Shown piece after piece: positions 38,901 through 51,650 of a stretch of 64,000 bases of DNA (positions are counted from its first letter, which is position 1; every line of letters begins with the position of its first letter). Made by a program: the position numbers and the translations under genes. The notes below the pieces were generated by a model, which saw only the letters and a program-made list of their open reading frames with translations, did no database searches and had not been told where the DNA came from. This DNA is from Harriotta raleighana (Eukaryota): NCBI GenBank assembly GCA_050575255.1, contig JBNZDD010013721.1:7997671-8061670 (forward strand). Reading direction: 5' to 3'.

Positions 38901-40149
38901 CACAGTTTCTTACAAAAAAGTTTCCAAACAAAGACTGCCTTCAACTATTTCACAAAATACTGCGCCCATTAAATTTTACGGGAGCATGTTAGTACGCCCT
39001 ATCTTATCCTGTAAGGCTATTTTGACTTCAAATTTAAGATGGCCCAAAACTCAAAAATACTTCAACTCGGTCTGAATTTGAAAGCCTGTTCTTCTAAGAA
39101 TTGCGGAACAACAGCTGCAAAATTCAAAAAACCTTCCACAAAACTTAAGACTGTGAGGAATCTGGGATCCCGAAATAACCAGATTTCTAGAGGTTGACAC
39201 CAAATTCAACTGCTATAAACCGATGCAACTTGTGTGTTTAGAGTTTTTAATGCTGGGAGGATTTCTATACAGCGGCAACAAATGGTAGAAATTCGCAGAA
39301 ATGCTCATGTTGGTATATACTGTACTAGATAATAAAATGCTTAACAGTTAGCATTTCAATTATTTTATGTCATAAAAATTGGTAATATTAAGTACAGTGA
39401 TACTGGACCCTGCTGAAGGCCTAAAGCTGAACTGCCAGGAATCTGAAGTGATTCACCAGTAATTGTGTGCAACTTCCCGCCACCCACACCCACCCCTCAG
39501 CACGTTTGCAAAGATCATCTTGTGGGCTTCACTGTAGGCTACTGTCTGTGGAACCACTGCAGTGACAATGTTCCACGCGCATCAGTTAAAGAAACGGCTG
39601 TCTGTGATGACGTCCGGAATGTGTGCTTCATAGATGCAGACAATAGGGTTACAATTACAACATTATTGGCTTGGTTCATGGGTTAATTCTGGCAAAGTAG
39701 CTTTACGGTGTTATAACAAGCCTTCATTATGCAGTGTTTGGGAGCCTTCCAACATCTGCATTCTAACAAGGAATGCATTATATTTTTTAAAAATTGTTTG
39801 AGTCTTTAAGCAGTTTTTAACACGTCCAAAATGGCTGTTGTTCTTGCCCAATGTTCTTAAGAGTGTGTGAAATCACACTATTAGAAACCATGCTCGCCAT
39901 GTTTCGAAATGTGTGGCAAATGAATCCATCCTGGAAGTCTTTCAGACGTTTTCTCATTGTCTATGGGGCAACCGAGGAAAATTGAAGTTTTATATATTGT
40001 ATTTGTAATCAATATCGAATTCTAATTGTCCCAATTTAATGTATTTCTTGGGCTAGTTATTGGGTGATGGAGAATCTATTCTAGATTGAAAGTTGGGATT
40101 GAAATGCCAACACCAGATACCACCTGATAGCCTGCCCAATGATCCCCCA

Positions 40150-40317
40150 AATAAAAATTGGTCACTCACTTCATGGCAGTCTATAGGACATCGCTGTGCA
40201 TAAATTGTCTGCCCCAATTGCCTCTAAATACGTAAGTCACTTCACAGTGAAATCCTGTGAAGTGCTTTGAGCCATTTTAACAACAGGACTATATCAAATG
40301 CAGGAATTATTATTATG
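40150..40317 (+). mobile_element. SINE 3' half
   Basis: GGTCACTCAC...GCTGTGCATAAATTG...AATCCTGTGAAGTGCTTTGAG...TATCAAATGCAGGAATTATTATT. Confidence 0.75.
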
Positions 40318-40856
40318 CAGCGAATACCACGACCATTTCCCCTTCAACTGCACCCCTTCAAGCGTGCCAAACCACAACTAATGACTTATTTTAAAAATGT
40401 GTTCCAATGCAAATGCAAAAACACAAAGCTATTCTCAGTGATTGACAAAGCCAAAAGCCTTTTTTTCACCGGGACAATAACTGCTTGTTCTGCCCTCTTA
40501 CGAACAAACTGTAGTTGTGGGCGGGTAGGGGGGGGGGGGGGAAGTGGTCAGAAAGCCTGATATGGAAGGGCACAGGTTAAAGAGAATTGCTGATCACGTT
40601 TATCTCATCACCAGCCAATGCCAACCCAACTGCTAGCGAGATTTTTCAGGAGGATCACTGACTGAATGGCATTGACATAACATCCTCAGCAGGATTCGAG
40701 TTTTCTGCTTGTGAGGCAATGAGCTTCAAATTTGCAATGTTCACAAGCCCGTTGCAGTTAAAATCCCAAATCAGCAAAACCCTAAAAATACCTGCTGGTG
40801 AGTAAATCATTCAAGGACAACGAAGGCAACAACAACAACTTGCGCTTACATTAGAT

Positions 40857-40978
40857 GTTTTGCCCACAAATATACAGTCAATTCACTTTACAGTATATTC
40901 TGTGAAGTGCTTTTGAGATGTCTAGGAGATGCAAAAAACACTATATCAAATGCAAGGATTATTATTATATATTATTAT
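40857..40978 (+). mobile_element. SINE 3' half (family A)
   Basis: GCCCACAAATATACAGTCAATTCACTTTACAGTATATTCTGTGAAG...TATATCAAATGCAAGGATTATTATT. Confidence 0.85.
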
Positions 40979-41089
40979 GTATAAATAGAGGCTCACTATC
41001 CTATTCAGTTTTCTTGAGCTTCGTAATACAGTAGTAATAACAATAATATTTGCGTCTGATATACAGCCTTATCAAGCCATCAAGACAGC

Positions 41090-41313
41090 CTTGCCTGGCT
41101 TTCTCCCTTTCTTCCTTCAAGGCCAGTCTCAAGACCTTCCTCTTCGACTGCGCCTTCGGTTCTCCTCCAACTCTTCCCACTCTCCTTCCCCCTCCCCCTC
41201 CCCCTGACCCTCCCCCCCCCTGCTCGGGTGCCAACCTGACTGTTCAGCGCTTTGGTACGTCTTCCCGACGTGAAAGGCGCTATACAAGTGTAATTTTGTT
41301 GTTGTTGTTGTTG
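41090..41313 (+). mobile_element. L2 3' end
   Basis: SLSSFKASLKTFLFDCAF, then C-rich 3' UTR and tail GTGAAAGGCGCTATACAAGTGTAATTTT(GTT)n. Confidence 0.9.
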
Positions 41314-43221
41314 AGACACATCATCACGTTTCACGGGATGTACTGTAAAGTGAATTGTATTTTGAGAACAAAATTGTATACAATTGTTGAGAGCCTAGTT
41401 ATACATTTAACCTTTGCGATCTTTGCCCTGCGTTCCAATCTAATGCCCTCTCTTTGAATTGAGGCATATTGCTCATTCCCCAGTCCCTCCACTCCATCAT
41501 AGTGCCTCAGCTTTCACCCCACCTTTTCTTTCCACTTCCAAAAGCACTTTGGCCCACAAACTCTCTCCCCATTTTCAAAATCCTCTTGAAACCATAGCTC
41601 TTTGATTTCCGGTCTGTTTTCTGGCTTGTTGACTGAAGCGTTCCCTACGTGGAAAGAATCATAATTTTCTCATCAAAAGGCACAGAGTTACAAGACTGAA
41701 AGAAATGCCTCCAGGATGGCACAAGTCTATATTTAGATTTTGTTGCTATTTTCATACTTTTGAACAGCCAATAAAACTTCCCAAATGTTCAGTAAATAAA
41801 GAACGCAGGAAGCAGATGCAGTTCAATGCAGACATTAACCAAATTATTCCACAACAATCAGATAAAGAGGTTAGACTTCAAACGTAATGTCACAACAGAC
41901 AACAATTTATACTGCCAGTTTCTCCCTGAACATAGAGGATCGCTTCGGGGGTTGATGGAACATTTGGGGGCCTCTGCTTTGATGTGGGGCGAGGGGCTGT
42001 GGAGGCGGTGAGAGAGATACACTTGATGGTTCAGATTGACATCTTGCCTTTTCTGCTTTGAGCCAACATTCTGAATGATTTAAAAGCTTGTGTGTCATTC
42101 TAAGGGGGGCAGGCACAGGGCGTGGGGGAACGTAGGAACAGTGAATACTGTAATGTTATGGTAATAACTTAGAACAACCACAATGACGTGACTCAAGGCA
42201 ATGCAATCCGAAGATGTTCTTTATGGTCCACAAAGATAACCTTCGTGAAAGCTCACTTCAAAGTTGAATTGTTCCAAGGGTTGCTAACACCTGTCACCAC
42301 CTTTAATATTTCAGGGCAGATATCAGGAAGTAGTTATTTACACAGAGGTTGAGTTGACGACTAGACTGGCTCGCCAGGAAAGGAATGGTGGTAGAGAGCT
42401 GAAATTCCGCCTTGTCTTAGCTGGCAAGATCATTTTGTCTTTATCATTTTAAGGTTGCCACAGAATAGTAGGAAATTCTTAAACGCAGCCTTGATCTCGG
42501 AAACCCGCTTTCCACATCTTTCAAATTCAGCTGAAAATCTCACGTTGTGGCTGTCGGAAACTTGGAAGCCGTTTGTGACAAAAAAGATCCGGGGTGTCAG
42601 GCTCCGCCATTGTCAAGCGCTCTGAGAAGCTTCCCCGCGTGAAGGGCGCTGTATCAGTGCAAGCTGTTGTTGTTGTCCCTTTCACGAATGTGTGCAGAGA
42701 GAGAGAGAGAGAGAAAAAAGACGAAAATGCCAAATGAACAGTGCAGCATTTTTAGATTCTATTGTCACGCTTTGAAGTTTTCAAGCTCTCTCTGAAAGCA
42801 TTACCATTTTTATGACAACCTGCGTGGTTTCATGTGGATGTGTTTCTTTTTTAACCCAAATCCCAGGGCTGTTGCAATAGCATGTTACCTTTTTGTAGTT
42901 TATGGTATTGATCAGCATGAGAACGATGTACACTTGCCACTTCATGGTCTCTTGTAGTGCCAGGGACTTTAATGGTTCCACTGTCATTTGAGCGTCAGTT
43001 GGAGAGAATAGAGAGACCCGACATCGAGTGATGTGTTTATATCGCAGAGCGCTTCATTTGAAAGCAAGCTCTACAGCACCCTGGATGCCTGGTGCTGTGA
43101 AATTCATCCCATTTGAACGGATTTATATCCGACCAATTGTTGGAGTGTCACTTTCCGACTTTCATTGCTGCAGAAGAGCATCCCAGTCCAGTCATGAAAT
43201 TAACCCATAACTGAGAATAAA

Positions 43222-43380
43222 ATGCCATCCTTCGGGTGAGATGTTAAACCGAGGTCCCTGTTCTGCCTGTTCAGGTGGACGTTCAAGATCCCGTACCCAT
43301 ACTCAAAAGAGGCGTCCTGACGAACAATCCTCCAAACAATTTGTTTCATAGCTTATGGATACCGCCGTGTGCAAATGGGC
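43222..43380 (+). mobile_element. Deu-domain SINE fragment
   Basis: TGCCATCCTTCGGGTGAGATGTTAAACCGAGG...TGCCTGTTCAGGTGGACGTTCAAGATCCC. Confidence 0.8.
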
Positions 43381-43419
43381 CTCAAAGGAGACAGTGCAAG
43401 CGGAAAAAGTAATTTGTTT

Positions 43420-43597
43420 CAAGAGCAAATTAGGTAGATTTCTGCTAGAACATAGCTCAAGATACACAGTTCTTTTGTGTTTTGTTTACACAGTTATATA
43501 GTTTGGGACATGACATGTCAAGCAACTGTTAGGATGGTGGAAGGTGAACTAGATGGACCCTGGTCTTCTTCCGCCCAGAAAATTCTTATGTTCTTAA
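43420..43597 (+). mobile_element. CR1 3' end (second subfamily)
   Basis: AAATTAGGTAGATTTCTG...GAACTAGATGGACCCTGGTCTTCTT...TTCTTATGTTCTTA. Confidence 0.6.
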
Positions 43598-43933
43598 GTG
43601 CAGCAGCTATACTTGATAATCAACATTTTGAGATTTCTTTTGACTCTCGGGGGAGCTCATCAAATGCAATTCTTCCTCTTCCTTTCGAGCCTCTTGAGCT
43701 GCTACTTTCTCTATCTGCAATGTTTCCACTCTGAGTGATGCACATCCAGGTAAATGTGGTCTGAATCTCTGCCATCTGAGGTGGCACAAAGCACTGAGGC
43801 AATGGTTCGAAATCTGGAGCGTTTAAAGCAGAACAATCCGTAAAGGAGACTTTGAGGTAGAGTCCATTGTGTAAATGCTTAAGGCTTAGTGCTATTGAAA
43901 AGACTAAAGCACACTCTAGCCTTGAGTAGTTAA

Positions 43934-43995
43934 CTCATGAGACCACATCTGGAATATTGCATGCACTTTAGTTTCCTTGCTGCTTGAGGAAAGAG
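43934..43995 (+). mobile_element. CR1 ORF2 fragment
   Basis: Translates LMRPHLEYCMHF, matching CR1 motif LVRPHLEYCVQFW. Confidence 0.7.
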
Positions 43996-45909
43996 TGGGT
44001 GTCATCTGTTAAGTGAGGGAGGCCAGCTTTAAATAGGCAATACTCCCATTGTCAGTACTTTAACTCACAGTCCACACTCACATTCCAGGACAGTATAATA
44101 CAGTATAACAACAACAACAAAATTCCATTTGTATAGCGCCTTTCAGATCGGGAGGACGTCCCAAGGCGCTGGACAGTGCAGAGTGAGTACTGCATTACCT
44201 GAGGTGCCACATGTCACTTCAGATGAGATGTTAAACCAAGGGCAAATCTACCTGTTTCTGGAGTGGAGATTAAAGATCCTGCAGTGGAATTTGTTTGCAA
44301 TTGGGTGAAAGTTACATCGGGAACACATTTGAATTTGACTACGAGCTTTACATTTGAACGTATTTGACTATGAGCTTTAAATTCTGGTGATTCGGGAAAC
44401 GACAATTGAGCCAGGGTGACATGACGGGTGAGTTTGGGGAAGCTTGGGGTATCAGTTGCTGGATTTCAATGCAGTTTTTGCTGCTATTCTGACCGACCGA
44501 CCTCAGAGATAATTTGCTTATTCATCTCATGGCTGTTTGTGGGACATTGCTGCGTGTCACACCAAGGTCTCTAAGACTTAACCCTTAAGACTCATCTGTT
44601 TGATCACATTTTGGCTCATTCCCTCCCACCCCGACCCCCCCCATCCCCCCCCCACCACCCTCATGTGCATTAAGACATCCTCCCAAAGTGAAAGGAGCTA
44701 CACAAATGTAAATTGCATTGTGTGATCACTCTACTTGGCGGTGGTTACTGGCAAGTGCTTGGAAACATTGTATGTGATAGGGCGCTATAAATATTAAGAG
44801 TTGCCTTTTTTAACTAAAAGGCATGTGGGAATTGAGTGGATTAATATCATGGGTAGAGGGTGGGGTGGATGGGGGGGGATGTTATGTGTATCTTTTGTAA
44901 AACAAGAATGAAAAATTGTGTTCCACTGCAAGTTCGTTAAAGACTTTCTATTCTATGCATAGAAGCAGAGTGTAAGGACTTGATCCACAGCTCCAGTTTG
45001 TTGACTACACATCCCCAATCACACACACACACACACACACACCCCTTCCCACCCCCCCACTGCCCTGATAAAGTCACTAATAAATCACCGGCTTCGCTGA
45101 ATTACTGGTTCCATGGAGCATTTTACATTAATAATAAGCATATGTCCTATTAATGCACCGAAGATGACAGGCAATATTTCAGGAGGTCCACTTTTAAGGG
45201 CGGGGATGAAAGCTATTTATCAGCTGTAACACGTGTAGCATCCCAGTTCCAAACAGCCTCTGTAATATTTCTATAAATACAAGAAAGCTTCTCGGAACAG
45301 TCGCAGCAAAGGGATCAAAATGCCTGCGGGTAAGTGGGATGACATCTTCTTGTGACACCGCTGTAAGGGAAAAATAAGGTTAAATCACCCAAATTGGGAT
45401 TGTTTTCTACTCTCCCCAGTGTGCCCAGAGCACATTCTCACACTGTGTTCCCACTTGGTCGGCGCTCCTTCATGCAGCTCGAATTGGGCCCTGGGGATTG
45501 TCAAACATGAAAAGTGTGCTGAACTGGACATACATTCCACGGGGAAATTTGTTCACAACAACGCAAAGGGCCTCCTCCTTTACTCCCCCTCCCCACCCTT
45601 CCCCACCCCCCACCACCACCCACTACAACCCCACCCTACTCCTCCCTCCCCAATAAAAGTCATTGGTATACAAAGGGTAGATTTAAATTCTGTGTTCAAC
45701 GTGTTTAGAGTAATTGGAGAAAATAAAACATGTACTTGTAGTCTTGCATGGCTAGCCTGATGTTTTTGGTGTCGCCTCTTGAACCCATACCTCGATTCTA
45801 GGAATCCTGTGCTCGATTCTTTTAGTTGAGAGAATGGTAGATTCTTCCTGTTGACATGATCTGATACCGCCCATCCCCCCGCATCAGCTTCCCAAAACTC
45901 AGCTTCCCA

Positions 45910-46312
45910 TGTCAGCCTGGCTCAGTTGAAAGCACTGTCGCTTCCCAAATCCCCAGAATTTTACAGCTGATCGTCAAGGCAGACACTCCAGTACAGTGCT
46001 GGGGGTGCACTGCATTGTCACAAGTAAGATTTCATCTCTCTGCTGAGTTGGACATTGGAGATTCTATGGCGCGATTTGACAAAAAAAAGGATTTTGTCCT
46101 AGTATTTCAGCCAAGTTTATTAGTATTATTATTAAGAGCCCTGCAGGTAAAAAATAAATAAATGGTCATTTCACTTTGAAGCTATTTGTGGGCCAAATTC
46201 TTATTGCCTCCGCCTTCAAAAATATTTCACAGAAAACTCTGCAAAGCAATTTGTGAGATTTTGCCAGAATAAGTCCCTGTATCAAATACGAGAATTACTA
46301 TTATTATTATTA
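45910..46312 (+). mobile_element. SacSINE1-like Deu-SINE, decayed full length
   Basis: Head TGTCAGCCTGGCTCAGTTGAAAGCACTGTCGC, AGGCAGACACTCCAGTACAGTGCTGGGGG, tail TATCAAATACG..(TAT)n. Confidence 0.75.
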
Positions 46313-48219
46313 CTGTATACAGCCATTATATTATCAGCTTTTTTTTTCTGAGCATCTTTTCCACTAACTTAGTTTTAATATTTTATGAAATGTGGGGGGA
46401 AGGGAGGTGGGGGGGAATGGGGTTGGGGGTGGGAGAGGGTCGGAGGGTGGAAAAACCCCAGATGCAAGTTCCCTTAGGGAACTGCTATTTTATTTTTTGA
46501 TTCGAGTCTGAAGAATGGCTGTCTGCTCTGACTGAAGCCAGTATTGTACACAGCCGTGGAGCAGTAATTGAACACTGCTGCGCCCGCCCTCATTTGCATT
46601 TGCCTGCCTTTGAGTGACAGCTGTACACGAAATGCCACATCAGTTGCCAGTATGTTATGAGTCCGCACTAACAATCCCATAGCTCGGGGGAGACCTGCCA
46701 TATTGTGATTTGGCTATCAGGCATGAAGGAAATAATTTCAAGTGCCAGGAATATGAGGCTGAATAAATGTTTCAGTGCTTCTGTACGCTGGAGGTGACAG
46801 TTCTGATTTACTGTAAAGTAATGCCCTTTTATCTTCGGGATTGGCTTTTTTTCATAGTATTCCAGACATTTGTAAATTAAAAATGAATATTAGAATGATT
46901 TCATGCCAGGTCAGAACACAGCAAACTGAGTGGACTAACATTCTTAAAACAAATGCCACGTTTGTTATCGCACACGGAACAGTAATTGGAAATTAGTTGG
47001 GTAGAGGTGGAGAGCCACTTGTGTTTTTGGAGCACCTCATCGGGTAAGATCGTTCCACAGCGATTCACTGGTAGTTTCTCTTGACCAGTGTAGTGACTGT
47101 GTTTTTGCAGCAAGCAGCATGCTTGCTTGCACATTAGGAGGATGTCCCAAGGCGCTGGCAGGGAAAATAGAAACCAATCCAACACAAGGCTCCCTAGATG
47201 TTGACTCAGAGTTAACTCAGTAGGGAAGAGAGATTCATCCCTACCCTTTACTCATATGGAATAGGGACACATGGCTATTGAATACCACTAGACACACAGC
47301 CTCAGACACACCGCTCCACTGCAGACAAGACCAGAAAACTTCTACGTTTGGAGTAGTGATTGATATCCAGCTGCAAGCATCTGCCTCAGTGTGAACCTCT
47401 CGAGAGACAAAACTGTGCTGCACATGGATACCTGTGAACCCAATCCAAGTATGGGGGGGCCATTATCTTAAAGGGCCAGGCACACCTTAATGGCAGTCAC
47501 CCGAGCTTGGAAAATTCAAATGTGGTTCCGATGTAACTTTCACCCAATTGCTTTCAACGCGCATTCCTTCTTACAAGTTTGAATCACACCCCTGACTGCT
47601 GTTTCAACTCGCCGGCTTTCATTAAGTGATTTGTGGTCATTCCTAGGCCTGGTTCCTGGATGAAATACTGCTCAGCATCACAGAAGGGAGGGTGGAGTGG
47701 GGGAGGGGTGGTGTATTTTTTTTTAATTTCCTTGTCAAGGTGAGGGATGGTAAGATTGGGAAATGGAATACTTTCCCATTGCAGGTTGCTCGTGTAAGGG
47801 TCAGGAATGAGCACAGTATTGCTGTATATATACAGCAGAGAGAAACTCTGCTTCTCTCCCAGATGTAAAATAATGTGGAGTGGAAAGACTGATTTATATT
47901 TCCCGCTTCTATAAGATATTGGAATCACATCAGCCCCTAACCAAACAGGAAGTTGCTAGTCTGCATCCACACAACTATTAGTGTTTGCACTTTTAATGTT
48001 CTGAAAGATGCTCTTGCAATCTTAAGACTTTAATAAATAATAATCCTTCCATTTGACTTCTAAGGCTTATGATTGAAACTGATGTATGGATATTTAGGAG
48101 TCATCTGCGGTATATCTAAACTATTACTGTACCAACCTTGACAGGGGAATTTTATTTTCTTCAACTCTGGGTGCTAACTTGACCGACTTGAATATGCAAA
48201 CTTATGATGTGGAACCATC

Positions 48220-48395
48220 AGTGAATCGCCTCAAGACCCTCCTCTTTGATGGTCCCATCAGTCACCCTAAATCCCCTCCTTTCCCTCCACCTCCCCGTCC
48301 CCAGCTCGGGTCTGAAACAATGACTGTCCAGGGCCTTGGGACGTCCTCCTGACCTGAAAGGCACTATACTTGTGTAATTTTGTTGTTGTAGTTGT
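48220..48395 (+). mobile_element. L2 3' end
   Basis: CTCAAGACCCTCCTCTTTGAT (LKTLLFD), then GGGACGTCCTCCTGACCTGAAAGGCACTATAC...TGTAATTTTGTTGTTG. Confidence 0.85.
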
Positions 48396-49178
48396 AAGTT
48401 CACTGTGAATGGACCAAATAGTATTGAGGGCCGAGAGCAGATTAATATTCCTTACGTTTGAGAAAGTTGGCAGGATGTCTCAAAGCACTTTAGGGGATTT
48501 TACTATAAAGTGGCTGTATATTTTTTAGACTTAGTAGCCACACACATGGTAGAATTGGTAGGTATCAGGGAACAGTCACTGCACACCTTACATCAGGCAA
48601 CATACTGGCATAGAGATCGCGAACAGTAGGTGAGCATAACCTTAGAAAACAATTGTTATAAACAGTCTTTTGTTTGTGGAGAGAGGCAGAGAAAGAAAGA
48701 GAGAGAAAGTAGGTAGCAGAGCGGAATGTCACCCAATGGGTTTGCTGTGATTTATTTCATTCCACTTTGTGTTTGTGTCCAAATGAAACACGGTTTTTCC
48801 AGCACTTTATCATGAAAACAGTCAAATGCAGGATTTAGCCTTTAGACAAAAAAAAGTCACTCTTTTTAATTCTTCAAGTGCCAAAGAACTAAAGGCCTGA
48901 ATAGATGTGGTTTGTGCTGCAGATGTATTCTGTAGCCAATAATTTACAAATTATAAACACCGAAAGAGTGATATGAAAAGTATAAGCCGTCAGCATTTTA
49001 CTATTTACTGTGTATTGTAACATAAAACCTGGATCTTTCCACTCTGGGATGCTATCCTGCATGAGAGGCACTATTTAAATGTGCCTCTCATATATAAATA
49101 TATGGGTAATTGTTGTTGCTTCTTAAAGGGTACTTTGCCATTTGCTAGTTGGCTTTCAAACAGATCCGTGAGAGCGTA

Positions 49179-49405
49179 TAAGCAAAACGCGAAATACTGC
49201 AGAGGTTGGAAGTCTGAAACAAAAACAGAAGTCACTGGGAACACTCAGCAGGTCAGTTCAGCATCTATGGAAAAAGGAAAGTGGGTCAACGTTTCGGGTC
49301 CACGAGCTGAAGAAGGATCATGGACCCAAAACGTTGACTCACTTTTCTTTCTCCATAGATGCTGCCTGACCTGCTGAGTGTTCCTAGCGACTTCTGTTTT
49401 TGTTC
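49179..49405. mobile_element. Palindromic non-autonomous element, Penelope-like, with hammerhead ribozyme remnant
   Basis: Inverted arms ~49218-49305 and ~49318-49404; flanking direct repeat CCGTGAGAG(C/A)GTA at 49166-49178 and 49406-49418; homologous to 51509-51650. Confidence 0.8.
49304..49340 (+). ncRNA. Degenerate minimal type I hammerhead ribozyme
   Basis: CTGAAGA-A-GGATC.ATG.GACCC-AAAAC-GTT-GACTC; the GAAA box reads AAAA here but is intact (GACCCGAAACGTTGAC) on the opposite arm. Confidence 0.55.
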
Positions 49406-51134
49406 CCGTGAGAGAGTACTTTGTCCTGAAAGTATTCCACTATGGGAGTATGTGCTTTGGGAGTCTGCGAACAAAATGCACAGCTCTAAGGTAGATCTGT
49501 GAGCAACACTGTAAAGCTTTGCAAACTGCAATCTCTTATATTTCCACCTGAGTGTAAAAAGCCTTATTGTTCACTGACTGCTTGAGATTAGCCCGTGTAA
49601 CTGCCACGCGTCTAAAGTTCTTACACATGCTATTATTATCTTGCGATTGCACGGCAGTGAGAAAGGAGTTCAGGAGAAGTCTATGACAAAACTTCACAAA
49701 CAAAATATTGGTTGTCACGTCAATTTGGTGCTGTGTAAGTTAATATATTCATCATTATACACGTCGAAAATCATCAGCTACTCGGTGCATGTGGCTGATG
49801 CTTTCTGACACTTTGCTACTGATCCTGTTTGTTTATGTTGGCTTGCGGAGGAAGAGCTCTACACTCCAGTCCGACTCCTCTCAGCTCTTGCTCTCAGTGG
49901 AATAAGTGGAAAACAGCATCTTATCAAATCCCGTCCTGGCAATATGTCAACACAGACTGAACCACACTGCATGAGAGGTTACTCTTTAACTGAACAACAC
50001 ACAACAGCAACACTAATGAATCTGACAAGCCTGCAAACGTTTGATGTTCCTCTTTAATGGTGAAATAAAATGACAGATCTGAACCTTTCTTATATCATCT
50101 GAAAGGAGCTCAATGTTCTAAATAAGGCCTTAACGATTTGTTAAACAGGCTTAAAATGACGTACTGTAAATTAAATAGGACTGATGTTGGCGTCCGTCCA
50201 ATCAGTGAATGGTCAGTGCTTTTGCTTCTCTTCCCTTTCTACCTTTGCTGACTTGTGTCCATTATTTAAGCACTAATATTTCAGATTTCCTCCACCAATA
50301 AACTTTACCTTATATTTATGCATACTTTCAATTCTTTAGTTCATCTGTTTAATTTGCCTCGGTCTCTCTGACTGCTCTGAAATCTCACATGTATACATAG
50401 CACAATTAATTCTGTGACATTACTTAAGTGACACTACTATTGCTAGAAATACCATCCTACATGTCTGTCATAAACAGTCATAAAAACTTAGGAATAGAAG
50501 TAAAATGTGCTGTACCATTTTATTAGAGCTGATTTAAATAGAAGTCAACTTGACCAGATGTCAATGATCTTTACCTTCTTTTTGCCAAGACAGTTTCACT
50601 CCTGTTGGTTAAATTGCAATTAATATTATGAGCCATACACTCCTTTAAAAGTATCGCATGTAGAATTTTATACTGTACCCCAAAACACACAATCTGAGGT
50701 CCCTGAGCCTTGGTTCTTGCTAACTAATTCTGTCCAGAATTCGGTAAGCAGGGTGTTTCCCAGAGGGAAATTATCATGTTTGTGGAACTCTACTCCGTTT
50801 TGGATACTCTCAGACAATGATGATGGGTTTCCAGGTGTGTCAGATACCTAAGTATCCAAAACATGCAAGTCGATTAATGTGACCTGACGTACAGCTTTCA
50901 ATACTGGCTGTGCCTTATGACCTCTACACTCTTTAGATTACTATTGATAGCATTCTGCAAGTGTACTAAGCATTTTGCTCACTGCTGCTGTTAAATTATT
51001 TGGTCTATAATTACTCAGATCATGTCTTGCTGGCTCTTTCTGAACATCAGGATAGCAAATGGGATCCTCCTATGCTCAGCTGCTCACGACCCCTGTATTT
51101 ATGGCGCTTCTGAAAAGAGTAATCAAAGCCTTGC

Positions 51135-51450
51135 CTAGTTCACTCTATTTTCAAAAAGGACATTGTTGCTTTGACAGAAACTCGCAGCCGAACGATGATG
51201 ATAAATCGGAGAGTTAAGGCATTACATTTTGAAGGGACTCGCAAAACAGAACTTGTTTTCACTGGATAAAAGCGGAATCCGAAGGAACATGAATCAGGTG
51301 TTTGAGATGCTGAGAAAGATCAATAATGTAGATGTAAGCGAGTTATTTGTCTTGAACTGTGATGGCAGAATTGGGAGTTATGAATATAGAATTAATGAGC
51401 CTCAAGTGAGATTGAAGTTTAAACAAATTATTTTTTCCGCAGAGCAAAAA
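51135..51450 (+). mobile_element. CR1 ORF2 3' fragment
   Basis: ORF 51229-51453 NLFSLDKSGIRRNMNQVFEMLRKINNVDVSELF aligns by eye to CR1 LFSLEKRRLRGDLIEVFKIxKGxDxVD. Confidence 0.75.
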
Positions 51451-51508
51451 TAGAGAAGGGATCCCCTACAATTATAGTGATGTGTCAACCTGGATCAGTT
51501 GATAGCAT

Positions 51509-51650
51509 AGAACAAAACACAAAATACTACAGATGCTGGAAATCTGAAACAAAAACAGAAGTTGATGGGAAAACTCAGCAGGTCAAGCAGCATCCATGGA
51601 GAAAGGAAAGTGAGTCAATGTTTCAGGTCCACGACTCTTTGTCAGAACTG
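51509..51650 (-). mobile_element. Single-arm copy of the Penelope-like hammerhead element
   Basis: Homologous to 49182-49305; exact 11 bp TSD GTTGATAGCAT at 51498-51508 and 51651-51661. Confidence 0.85.
51613..51649 (-). ncRNA. Degenerate minimal type I hammerhead ribozyme
   Basis: Minus strand AGTT-CTGACAA-A-GAGTC.GTG.GACCT-GAAAC-ATT-GACT: stem I AGTT/GACT, imperfect stem II, GAAA intact; two CpG-type changes from CTGACGA and GAAACGTT. Confidence 0.6.
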
